Below are positions 1-10,400 of a DNA stretch of 64,000 nt, in pieces. The stretch's first letter is position 1. Every line of letters begins with the position of its first letter. The notes under the pieces were generated by a model. It saw only the letters and a program-made list of their open reading frames with translations, was not told the DNA's origin and made no database searches. The position numbers and the translations under genes are program-made. Origin of the DNA: Chlorokybus atmophyticus (lineage: Eukaryota; Plantae; Mesostigma and Chlorokybus algae); the NCBI GenBank assembly GCA_009103225.1, contig RHPI01001116.1, positions 949,267 through 1,013,266 of the forward strand, in the 5' to 3' direction.

Positions 1-1569
1 GAGCACGTGCGTGGGTATGCCTGCGAGCGCGCGCGCGCGTGCGGTGTATGAGTGTGTGTATGCGCGCGCGTGGGTGCGGTCACGAGGGTGCGTGTGTGCC
101 TTGATATCGCAGAGTGCCTGCAGGGAGAGCTGGCTGCAGCGGTTGAGTATCTCCGGCAGCATGGCGCAACAGTTGAGGCAGCGCAGCTCGACCGCAACAG
201 TGTGCGTGTACGCGGACACGCCGTCCATGTTGGCGTCGTCCTTACTGCCAAGCTGTCGCTTTCCAGGGCATCCCTCTGCGCCCATCCAACATAAGTCCGT
301 CACCTTGTTGGCAGTTGTAGCATTGTTATATTGTTGTGGTGTCACGCTCTGACAACGCACAAGGCTTGCAACTGCTTCACGCGTCTGATAGCCGCATTGA
401 ACACGACCGCCTTCGAAAGAGTGGAGGAAGAGACCTACTTAAAGCCAGCTTTGACGATGAAACTTGCAGCAGATACTTCACATAGGCTGTTTGGCAGCCA
501 GCATTCAATGTGGAGTCATGTTATGTGCATGTGTCTCACCGTATCACCTTGCAAGAGCACGCGCAAGCCGTTAATTCCTATCACTTCGCTTCTTGAAATC
601 ACACGACTCATGAGTGCCTTTGCTAACTTACCCATGCACCTCATATAAACCTCCTGTGCAAGATGATGCTCGCCCTGTCATCGACAGCGTGTTGAAGGTG
701 TGATTAATGCTCGCACCGCGCCTTTTGAGTGCCGGCATTCGTAGACTATGGTTGTGGGGATTGCTGGGGGCGGTTTTATTGTCGTCGGCACCCGGGGAGG
801 CGTCCCCTCTGGGATGATTATGCATAGCTTGACGTGCGCGCTGCGCCAGCTGTATTTATCTGGCACACACGCGTTGAGCTCCCAAAGTGCTGTACAAATG
901 CACGTTAGGCGTTTCTGCGTGGGTGCGTGGGTGCGTGCATGCGTATAAGTAGTGCAAGCACGCGTGTGCGCACCTTTATACAGGCATCAGTGACGCCTGC
1001 ACTGTTGGGAGACAGAGAGCAAGTGTGCGCGTGTATGTGTGCTCGCGCGTTCGCGTGCGCACGTCCGTGTATGCATGTGCCAGCATGTGGGTGTCTCTGT
1101 TGTGCTCGCAAGCGGGTGCATGCATGTGAAGATTGGCTTATACCTTGCCTTCTTAAGAGAGGGGATGAGTGGAGAACCTCAAGTGCGATGCAGCTGTAGG
1201 AAAGTCTGATGCTTCAGGCAATGCATCACCTTCTCAGGGCGCAGGCTGCGCCCTTGACATGGTTGTTGTGACTCCTGAGACAAGTATGCACAAAGATGTG
1301 CTGCATTTATCACAACCACGGATACAACTTGGAGCCAACAGCTATTGACTTCTCTCCGTGCTAAATAACGTGCCGCCGCTGTGCTCCCAGCAAGCAGCGC
1401 CTAACGAAAGAGAACACAACATACGAGTACATTTGTTTGAGTACATAAAGACACATCCATGCAAGCAGGCGTACAGATACACTTAATGCACAACCATGCA
1501 TGCAAACAGCACATCAATGCCAAAAGTAACTGAGCACCTGCGACACAGTCATCAAGAACATCTTACAAT

Positions 1570-1797
1570 TCAAGACAAACGCTTAGGTTGAAGTTCATCC
1601 ATCATCTCTTGCTGCATCTTCAGTAAAGCGTGTAGCATGTCCATCGTTTGTTGTTGCCCATTGAGCAAACTTTTCATGTTGTCCTGCAACTCTTCCATTT
1701 GCGACGTGAATTGACTCTCGAAAGGCTTGCTTTGAGACAAGGCTAGTGCGGCCTTGTTCTGTGACAGCTCCTGCGAAGTCACAGCTGCGGGCATCAT
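1570..1797 (-). CDS. Possible terminal exon of an unknown gene encoding a Q/E/M-rich predicted coiled coil
   Basis: ORF ...SQMEELQDNMKSLLNGQQQTMDMLHALLKMQQEMMDELQPKRLS* lies directly after a plausible acceptor (tgtcaacAG on the minus strand). Upstream exons could not be assembled and no family was recognised. Confidence 0.25.
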   Translation of the reverse strand: MMPAAVTSQELSQNKAALALSQSKPFESQFTSQMEELQDNMKSLLNGQQQTMDMLHALLKMQQEMMDELQPKRLS

Positions 1798-2125
1798 CCT
1801 GTTGACAACAGCATCTTGTCAAGGGCAACGCATTCATGGGTGTTGCGCACGTCAGAGCAAACCGCGCTCATGCACTTAAAACTGAGAACATAGCATATGG
1901 CTTGCCTGTGTGCCTTGGGTGTACAGTTGCTGATGATAGTGTGCCAACAACACACAAGTCAGGTCAGTCGCTCAGCGCCAGCCAAAATTGCCTGTTGGTG
2001 CAAACGGAGGACGAGAGTAGTTGGTGCGTAGAACGCCACTCAGCTGCATCGTACCAATCATGCTGAACGCACTTGATATAGAGAAGAACGCTTTCTACTA
2101 CAGCTGTTATTATACTATGTGCAAT

Positions 2126-2272
2126 TGTGCTTGACCGTGCACAGCACATGCAGCACACCACCACCAGGGGTGGAACAAGCAGACCTATCATGTTGCAATA
2201 TGTGCTTGACCGTGCACAGCACATGCAGCACACCCCAAATCAGAGGTGTGGGACAAAAAACAAGACCTATCA
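2126..2272. repeat. Short imperfect tandem duplication, period about 75-80 bp
   Basis: The 34-mer tgtgcttgaccgtgcacagcacatgcagcacacc occurs at 2126-2159 and 2201-2234. Each copy is followed by agacctatca (2181-2190 and 2263-2272). Confidence 0.85.
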
Positions 2273-3249
2273 CGTCGCTGTCGCTGCCATGTTGGGCATG
2301 CATGTACACACGTGCCTGCCCTGAACATGCGAGCGCACACACATACATCTCTAGTTGCGGGGTAACGTTCCCTTGTTGATGTGGCAGATTAGACTAGAAG
2401 CAGCAGCTTCTTTATGTTGCGACGCGTGTGTCATAAACCAGCTTTTCTGTGACACAGGGAGAGAACACGGGCTACAAAGCATGAGCTGGTGTGAGTGCGT
2501 AGCTACTTCATGTTTCGCCTTGTCCATTTTATATGAGTGAACAACGTTTGTTGTTGTCATAGCAATGTAGCGATAGTTGCAATGGTAGCTTGGCAGTTGC
2601 AACAGCTTACAAGATTTATAGCATAGACATGCTGGTGTCCTGCTAACGAGACAAGACAATCGTTTGACTTGCAGAAAGCAATCGAGAAAAGTAAAACCTG
2701 TTGCGCGCCCCTGTGGGTCCTCAGCCTAGCATGAGCGTGCGGCAAAAAAGCCGCTGACGTGGCAACACACCAGCGCAGCCTGTCGCTGCTGCCTCTGATG
2801 CCTGCATACCAGCGACCGCCGCCCCTGAAGCAAGGCGCCAAACAGCTACGGAAATGATAGAGACGAAGATGAAGATGAACAAAGCTACGGATATCTGCAA
2901 CGTTTTTGCGTTAGATGCTCACGGGGGCCTGCAAGGTTAATTATGCACCACTCAAGCGCTGGGACCCTATCACCCAATTCGGAGGGCGTTTAGGCCTCTA
3001 AGCGCTCATAGGAGCCATTTTTACACGAGAGTCTTAAGTATTCCCGCAATCGGTCTTCTAACGGCAACAACTTTTCTTGTCGGTGCAGATCCAACCAGAC
3101 TTGTTTGAATAAATCAAAGTGTCATAGTAAATAGCACATACTTTCTTATATTTTTAGTTGTCATAGTTAATACCCTGTTTTAATAAAAGATACGGTGGTC
3201 CACGTTATGCTTATAGGAAGCCCTTTACTAAGCACTTGCGAGTTTGATG

Positions 3250-4231
3250 TGACCACATTGCGCACATCCCTGGCCACGGCACCGCGGCAGAGCGTTGGGG
3301 GCCCCAGTGGTTGGTTGTACGATCTTTTGCGCCAGCTGTTCTTAGATGGCGGCGGTGGCCACACTTCGGCGTTGTTGTCCCTGCATCGCATATGCGCTGT
3401 GCTAGCCGGGGGGCGTAATCCAGGCCGTGTGGCGACTGGTTTGTCTGTCTGCACCTTGATCGCTAATTGGAAGCCTACCTGTGGTGGCGTGCGTCTAATC
3501 GCAATGGGGGACATCCTGCAGCGCCTGACAGCACGGACACTTTCGTCTATGGTGTGCGACACTGCTGCAACACACTCTGAGCCATGGCAGTATGGAGTTG
3601 CCACACGCGGTGGTGCTAAGATAGTGGCGCACGGCATACGCGCGATGTTGGACACCCACTCTAAGCAAGTGGTGCTGCAGCTGAACATCGCTAATGCCTT
3701 TAATTCCGTCAATCGCGCAGTCATGTTTAAGGAGTTGCGGGCTGGCACTTTCGCCCCTCTCATTCCCTTCGTACCATGCTTCTATAGCTCTCCCTCGCTG
3801 CTGATGTACAGCGAAGATGACCGCATTAAGCGCATCTATTCCTCGACAGGCACCCGGCAAGGTGATCTTCTAGCCAGTCTACTGTACGCACTCGTGCATA
3901 CCCGCATGGTTAATAATGCCATTGTCCACTACACCACCGTGTTGTCTCCCATGTATGCCGATAACACAATCTTGATTGGCCCGGCTGTGGACGTAGCGGC
4001 GGCAGCGGCGGAGGTGCGCGTGGTTCTGGTGCCAGTGGGCATGCATGTGCGTTGGGACAAGTTGTGCGCCTTCAGCCGTTCAGAGGTTCCTGGCGTCGTT
4101 TCGGTAAAGATGCGCACGAACGTCGATGACTTCACTGCGTTCGGGGTGCCTTTAAGATCGGATGCCACCGTTGCTGCTGCCTGCATTAATCGCTTGGATC
4201 AGGCAATGGCGCCGTTGCGCGTACTGCGACA
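3250..4231 (+). mobile_element. Non-LTR retrotransposon reverse transcriptase fragment (CRE/R2-like, RLE-type clade), degenerate and 3'-truncated by the Gypsy LTR
   Basis: ORF 3195-4259 has GPSGW, GGVRLIAMGDILQRL, QYGVATRGG, LQLNIANAFNSVNR, GTRQGDLLASLLY and YADN. These match non-LTR RT motifs, with conserved Asp residues changed to Asn. Homology stops at the LTR boundary at 4232. Confidence 0.8.
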
Positions 4232-5394
4232 TGTCGGGCGAGACAGGGTCGAGTGCTGACACGCCTTAAGGAACTTGAATATAGCTATACACGGCTAAGT
4301 GCTGTGCATTAAAACGAACAAAGTACCCCCCCCCCCCCCTATCAAGGACGTCGTGGGTGCGAGCGCTTGTCACTCGTATCGAGTCGTGTTCCAACAGATG
4401 CGAACAACAGTAGAGCAAGTCAACAAGCCATTTGTGTCAATGCTGTGATCACAGTTTCTTGCACTGAGGTCAATGTTGGGGTTTTCTACTGTTGAGTAAG
4501 GCGAATGAGCCTAGCAACTACACAGATACCACACTCTGAATGTGATCAAAACACCATCCACGTGGGTGTAACGAAGTCCACCCTCATGGCAACAGTACCG
4601 TGTAAGGTGCGGTACTCGCTCCCACAATGGTGAATGTTTCTTAACAACCGGGACGGCTTGCTGTGTACAATCGTAATCTTTTCACACCTTGCTGGGCGTA
4701 CGCCAACAATCCATACCAAGTCCACGCGCCGCAAACTCACCCAGTCAAGCTTCACATACCACACTGGAACGCAAGTCATAACTCAGAATTTCTTACTCAC
4801 AGTCTCACCAAATGTACAAATGTCGGCTACTGCTATTAATACCAATGTGGTGGCATCGGAGTTGATGCACATAGTAAATGACACAGTTCTAGTTATGGAC
4901 TAGCTGTTTCACTGGTCTATATTATGCTCCAATGGATAGTCACAAATGCTGCAAAAGGAAGGCGCGGTTGAACTCATAGCGAAGGGGTGATCGCAAGGGA
5001 CCCTACGTTGTGCAGTGGCCGGAAGTAGCGCTCGCGGGACCTTTGCCTGGGCATTGCCAACGGGTCAGCTACGAGTCGACGCCTATGACAACCGTCAAAT
5101 GAGTGGTTTGTTGTGAACCATTGATTGATGCTGATTATGCGGGGGTGGGACATGGCTATGGGAATGTCCGAGGAGAAGGAGCCCTCCTAGACGATAAGCA
5201 TGACGGCTGTCGGGCTGGCAGGGTCGAGTGCTGACACGCCTCGTGGAACTGGAATATAGCTATACACGGCTAAGTGCTGTGCATTGAACAAAGTACCCCC
5301 CTTGACGAGAACGACGTGGGTGCGAGCGCTTGTCACTCGTATCAAATTGTGTTCCAGCAGTTGACGAACAATAGTAGAGCAAGTCAACAAGCCA
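4232..5394 (-). repeat. 3' LTR of the DNMT-Gypsy element, with internal direct repeats of about 190 bp at both ends (4232-4430 and 5208-5394)
   Basis: It begins with TG immediately after the PPT and ends with CA at 4232. The two terminal segments share near-identical blocks such as cagggtcgagtgctgacacgcct, gaatatagctatacacggctaagtgctgtgcatt and agtagagcaagtcaacaagcca. Confidence 0.7.
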
Positions 5395-5431
5395 CCCCCC
5401 TGAAGGTCTGGGGCAGTCTATGCCACAGGCC

Positions 5432-5930
5432 TCAGTGTTTGCGGGTAATGGGCGGCCCATTGCGACGACAGTCATTGCACCAGTAGGCCTCCAGGGGGAC
5501 CTTGTGAAGTGGATTCAAACGGTAATAGTGCATGCCGGTGTTGCACCCGTCGCACAACATCATTACGGCGGCGGCGGCGGCATTGCCACATCTTTCACAG
5601 CGCTTGCTATGGCTGGGGCGTGGGTGATGGATGACATCGAAAAACCCTGCCACTTGCGGTAGATGGCACAGTGCGCAGTTGGTGATGTTGTTGTTAATGC
5701 GCTCGCCGTCGTTGCCCAGGAGGTCGAGCACACCAGAAGGGTGCACCTTGAGTACTTTGTAGACGACGCGCTGCACACCGATGTCCAGGTGTCCTGTCTG
5801 CGGGCCATCCGATAGACGAAATTTCCAGCCTCAAAGCGCCGATTGCGCTGCTTGTAGAAACCTTTGCGAACACGCTCGTAATGTAGGGTGTCGCGGTGTA
5901 GAGCAATGCGCAGGTTGTTCATGGCCATAG
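5432..5930 (-). pseudogene. Post-integrase region of Gypsy pol ending in a PHD zinc finger
   Basis: CERC...MMLCDGCNTGMHYYRL...YWCNDC (5468-5599) fits the C4HC3 PHD spacing, with the Cys expected after His read as Arg. It is preceded by NCALCHLP. There is a frameshift relative to ORF 5563-5928. Confidence 0.8.
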
Positions 5931-6065
5931 GGACCAGGTGGCTGAAGAGGCAGCGCGGGCCTTCATGTCATAATGCATCAAGTAAGGGTGCTCGAGGTTG
6001 TCCAGCACTCGCGCAATCTCCTGTTGTGCGCGAAAGGGCAAAAGTGGTTCACATTCAAATAGCAA

Positions 6066-6900
6066 CTACGGACTGTATTTGATGAGGGCCGCCTGCTTGG
6101 ACAAGCGGTAAGCAAGGGCCACCCAGGGCAGGTGGTCGTCGCAGGTACACTTGCTATGATCGATGACATACTTCCTAAGTGCCTTTGAAATGGTTTGAAC
6201 GGATCGTTCAGCCAACTCATTAGCCTGTGGGTGGTCGCGCGAGGTGCGACGGTAGTCGATGTAGGCGTGGTTGAGGAGCTTGTCGAACTCTCCCCGAAAC
6301 TCGATGCCATTATCTGTAACGACCTCGGCAAATGAGCCGAAACAATTGCGGACGTGGTGTAGGAAGGCACGAGTTACCCCCCTGCTGCTTTTCTCCGGCA
6401 GTGGCACTAATTCTATCCACTTGGAAAAGTGCTCGATCATGACCTGGATGTACTTGTTCCTGCGAGCGAAGGGCGAGAGATCCCCGAGGATGTCCAGGCC
6501 CCAGCGGTAGAACATTCCTGCGATAGGCAGTGGGTGCAAGGTGGCCCTGCGAGTGTTGAGGTTGGCGCGGGCGATATTGCAATGGGAGCAGTTACCCACG
6601 TTCGCGCGGACTTGTGTGAACATGCCGTGCCACCAGTACTGCGCTCGTACCCAGCTCATGGTGCGCTTGATACCAAAATGGCTCAGTTCAGTGTGGAGGG
6701 CGACAATGATGCCCTCGCGCAAGTGTGGTGCGGGCACCTCCTTATCTTCAATACAAATGCGACGCAGGAGATGTCCGCCCTGCCAGTGGTAGTACTGGGT
6801 GCGTTGGTCGACCCGATCGCGCTCACATGCGCTGAGTCTTGCCAGTAACTGTCCTTGTTGTAGGAAGGCCAAGGAGTTGACGTCGAGCCAGATGTCCTGC
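6066..6900 (-). pseudogene. Gypsy integrase (HHCC zinc-binding domain and rve catalytic core)
   Basis: HTELSHFG...CSHC zinc motif, WGLDILG, VVTDNGIEF and HPQANELAERSVQT. Confidence 0.93.
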
Positions 6901-7199
6901 CTCAGGTCCCAGGGGGGGGGGGGGGGGGGNGGGGGGGGGCGATGTCGTCGACACCCCCCTCATCGGTCACCTCCGGAGCCGGCTCCAATGCAGGCATGTT
7001 TGGGTCAGTGGTAGTGCTGGTAGATGCGTCTGCCTCTGTAGTGGCAGTGGTGCAACTTGAACGCAACGCAGCTTCGGCGAACATTATAATTATATAATTA
7101 TGCTCACCCGAGGTGGAGGGGCTAAAGGCTCCAGCTCGTGTTGCGCCCCCGTAGCATCGTCAGTGAAGAGGTGGGGATTGCGACTGAGTCCGTCAGCGT

Positions 7200-8500
7200 T
7201 CAAATTGGCAAGGCGCGGCGAATGATCTTAAAATCGTACTTCTGCAGGAGTAGTGCCCAACGCGCAAGGTTGCCAGTGAGATGCTGGTTGGTCATCAACC
7301 ACCAAAGAGGCTGATGATCGTTGATGAGCCGGAGTTGTCAATCAAACAGGAGTGGCTTAAAAAAGGAGGTAGCCCACGCAGCAGCGAGGCACTGGCCCTC
7401 ATAACTGCTGTAGTTGGCCTCGGCAGCGTTGTTGCTGCGGCTGGCGTAGGAGACAACTCGCTCCTTCTTATTGTCATCGTGTTGTACGAGCATAGCTCCC
7501 ATGCTGGGCTTGCTCCTTGGTGTGCAGCACGAAGGGTTTGGCATAGTTTGGTCGCTGTAGGATGGGGGCTGATGTTGGCCTCTGCTTCAGTGCGTCGAAG
7601 GCAGCATAATGTATCTCCTTCCAATCCCATCCTGCTTCCTTCTTCATCGGTGCGTAAAGGGGTCGTGCGATGGAGGAAAAGTCCTTCACAAAGCGGTGAT
7701 AGTAGTTGGCCAGGCCCAAGAAAGCGCGTAGCCGCATGAGGTCCGTCAGGGCTGGGATGGCGGTCAATGCCTCCACCTTGACCTGCTGCACGTGTACGCC
7801 GTTGGGCACAATCATGTGCTCTAGATAAGGTACCTTGTGTGTGAAGAAGGTGCACTTGTCCGGGTGGACAGTCATGCCGACCGCTTTGACTCTGCGAAGC
7901 ACCTCCTCGATGTGTAGCAGGTGCTCCTTTGGTGTGTGGTTGAAAATCAGCATATCGTCAATGTAGCAATGCGCGAAGCCGCACCCCTTAAAAGGTTTAT
8001 CCATAACTTGCTAGAACTTGGCGGGTGCGTCTTTAGCCCAAAGGCATCACCTTCCACTGGTATAGCTGCCGGTTGCCCCAAAAGTAGGTCTTGTTTTTGT
8101 CCGCAGTCTTAATCTCTACCAAATTGTACCCGTGTCTCATGTCGAGGATGCTGAAGATAGTACATGCACCGACGTCGTCGAAGATGCCTTCAGCAATGGG
8201 CATGGGGTAGCGATCCCGCTTGGTTTGTTGTTGCGGGGGCGATAGTCTCCACACATCCGCCTGTCTGTCCGGTTGTCATTGGAGTCCTTCTTCAGTGGCA
8301 TGACGGTGACGGCAGCGAAGTCTGAGGTGGAATCCTCCTATAACCGGCCTCAAGCAATGCTTGACAGCGCTGCTCCACCAGATCCTCCTCAAGCTTGGAA
8401 AGCTTGGACTGCCGTCTGAACACCGATTTCTTGTCGACGAGGTCGATGTCCATCTCGTACACATTGCATTTGCCTCACTCCTTGACATTGAAGCTTTCTA
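7200..8500 (-). pseudogene. Gypsy reverse transcriptase and RNase H, frameshifted
   Basis: RMCGDYR, DRYPMP, FSILDMRHGY, YQWKVMPLG, YIDD (about 7954-7965), LRAFLGLANYY, KPFVLHT and VVSYASRSNNAAEANYSSYEGQCLA. Confidence 0.95.
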
Positions 8501-8774
8501 TGTGCCCTCCACTTGTCCAGCAGCGAACCGAGCTACTTGTGAATGTCGCCTGTTTCGAGAGGGCCTATATAGGTATAGATATATATACTAGCTAGCGTGT
8601 TCCCATGAGGTGGCATTGGCTTTGACCGCGATGTCCTCTACAATGACTGCAGCCTGCTCATCCATGCGCGCTGTCTCCAAAGCTGTGTAGGCTGCCGCCG
8701 CATGCTGCGGGCGATCGACCCACCCGCCGTTATATGCATGTGATCCATGTCCTCGAGGTTGCACATGACGGTCT

Positions 8775-9760
8775 TGTATAGCGAAGCAGAGCTCCAACAG
8801 CCAGACCATACTGTTTTGGTCGATGGCGCGGCTGAGGATTTCGCGTTGTTGGCGCTCCGTTAGTCCTGCACCTGCTACACTGCCAGCAACGAAACCCATT
8901 GCGCGCTCGCGCTCACGAGCGTCGGGTTTGTCCAGGCTACCAGTGGTGTTATTGAACACCATGCCGTCACCTCCGTTACAGAAAGCGTACGAGCCAGGAT
9001 ATGCGACCGATGTGGGTAGGGCCTAACGAGGTTGGCCAAGGGTGTTGCATTGAAAGAAGTGAGAGTGGTCGTGTCGGGTTACGGGCTGTGCAGCGCGCTC
9101 GGGGTCCAAGATGTTATCAACCAGTAAGTTTGGCGGGCGTGTGCTGAGATAGTGCTCAGCCACCATTAATTCCTCCACAGCGGCGATGTTCGTCCATTTG
9201 GCACGTATGCGATGCGCACGCGAGCCGTGCCTAGCAGCGTTCACCTTGACCGGGTGTCCAAGCAGGGAACAGATGACGCGGTAGTTGTGCCGCACCCAAG
9301 CGCGCCTGTCGTTCTTAAAGTGCACATTCTCGATGATGTATGCTAACGGCCTTGAGATTTAGTGTTGTGCCGCCGCAAGGTAGTAATGACACGCAACAAC
9401 TCCCAAAATAGGTTGGAGCGGGGCTCTTGCAGGCCGTATTCAGAGCCTGCGCGAGAATGTCCTTGACATTCCCATCCTGCCACCAGCAGGTCCACGTTGC
9501 CCAAAGTCAGCAGGTGGTCTTCCAAAAATCAGCCTGATTTTCAGAGGTAAGGCTTTGAGGCTGCCTTAAAGTGATGATGACGGTAGCTGCTGAAGATAAC
9601 GTGATTGCAATTCATATAAGTGGTGTTGAACTACTGCATGAGCTGTGGGGTTTTAGTCGCCGTAGTGATAGTGGTTGACTGTCACACCCGTGTTGAGTAT
9701 AGCTGCCAACTCACTTCTAACGCCGCAGAAGAGCTCCACCATCGTGATGCCCTGTTTGCG
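8775..9760 (-). pseudogene. C5 cytosine DNA methyltransferase domain inside Gypsy pol
   Basis: Motif I GITMVELFCGV (about 9722-9755). Motif IV DLLVAGWECQGHSRAG...GL...RSNLFWE, with Cys at 9466-9468. Motif VI YIIENV (ENV at 9323-9331). Motif VIII NAARHGSRAHRIRAKWTN. Motif IX/X-like ERERAMGF...SRAIDQNSMVWLL. Motifs are in canonical order but broken by stops and frameshifts. Confidence 0.9.
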
Positions 9761-10092
9761 CCTGAAAGTGTGAAAATTCGACAACCCCAAGTGCCATGGT
9801 ACTGGTCGGCCACATCAGCAACTTGCTGATACGGCGGGAAGCATGTTACCACTGCTTATGATGCAGCAGCACATGCGCATTGATCATGGCATTAGTACGC
9901 CAATAGCGGGGTTTTGCAGTGCCACCTTTGATGGCTGCGCGTGGGAGCGCTGACGGAGGTAGGTGAGAAGACCCGGCCATCATAGCCACAGCTGCTGAGC
10001 GGTGTGGAGAGCGTGTTGCCACTACGAAGTCTGTTAGGAGCTCACCACGCTCATTTGTGTCAGTGCGCCAGTGCGGGCGGAACTACACTTAT

Positions 10093-10400
10093 TTAGTTCA
10101 GTTGCTGATGTCGATGCCAACTACATACGGCCATCCCAGACCCAGAATCAAGTCGTAGTTGCGAGAGTCTGACACTACACACCTGACTGCGTAGCCAGTG
10201 GTGTGTGAGAGGTTGAGACCAACCAGTTTGATGGAGATGGCCTGCTTGGTGACGCCGAGCGCAATCTGTGCGGTGTCCATCACAGTGTTGAGTGTGTATG
10301 GGCAAGGATCCAGATCGGCCGCGGTGATGTTCAGAGAGCGCCATGTTGCCAATGAAGATTGGCTGTGCACCAGTGTCTAGCCGAATGCGCTTGGGTGCCT
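10093..10400 (-). pseudogene. Retropepsin-type aspartic protease of the Gypsy element, frameshifted
   Basis: RLDTGAQPIFIG active-site motif at about 10361-10381, and downstream NYDLILGLGW in another frame. Confidence 0.85.

Noticed and set aside
1-1200. Multiple overlapping ORFs in the track (Cys/Val/Arg-rich)
   Set aside because: They are largely translations of TG/CG-rich low-complexity DNA, and no coherent gene model or domain was recognised. The same applies to most antisense ORFs over the real genes and those at 26000-27300.
2126-2272. Repeat-spacer-repeat pattern superficially like a CRISPR array
   Set aside because: There are only two copies, the inter-repeat sequences are themselves partly homologous, there are no cas genes, and the context is eukaryotic. 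It is a simple tandem duplication.
6911-6938. Poly-G run with N inside Gypsy pol (apparent poly-Pro)
   Set aside because: The ambiguous base and homopolymer make the length and frame unreliable. The same caution applies to the N-containing tracts at about 20310, 43971 and 57800-57850.
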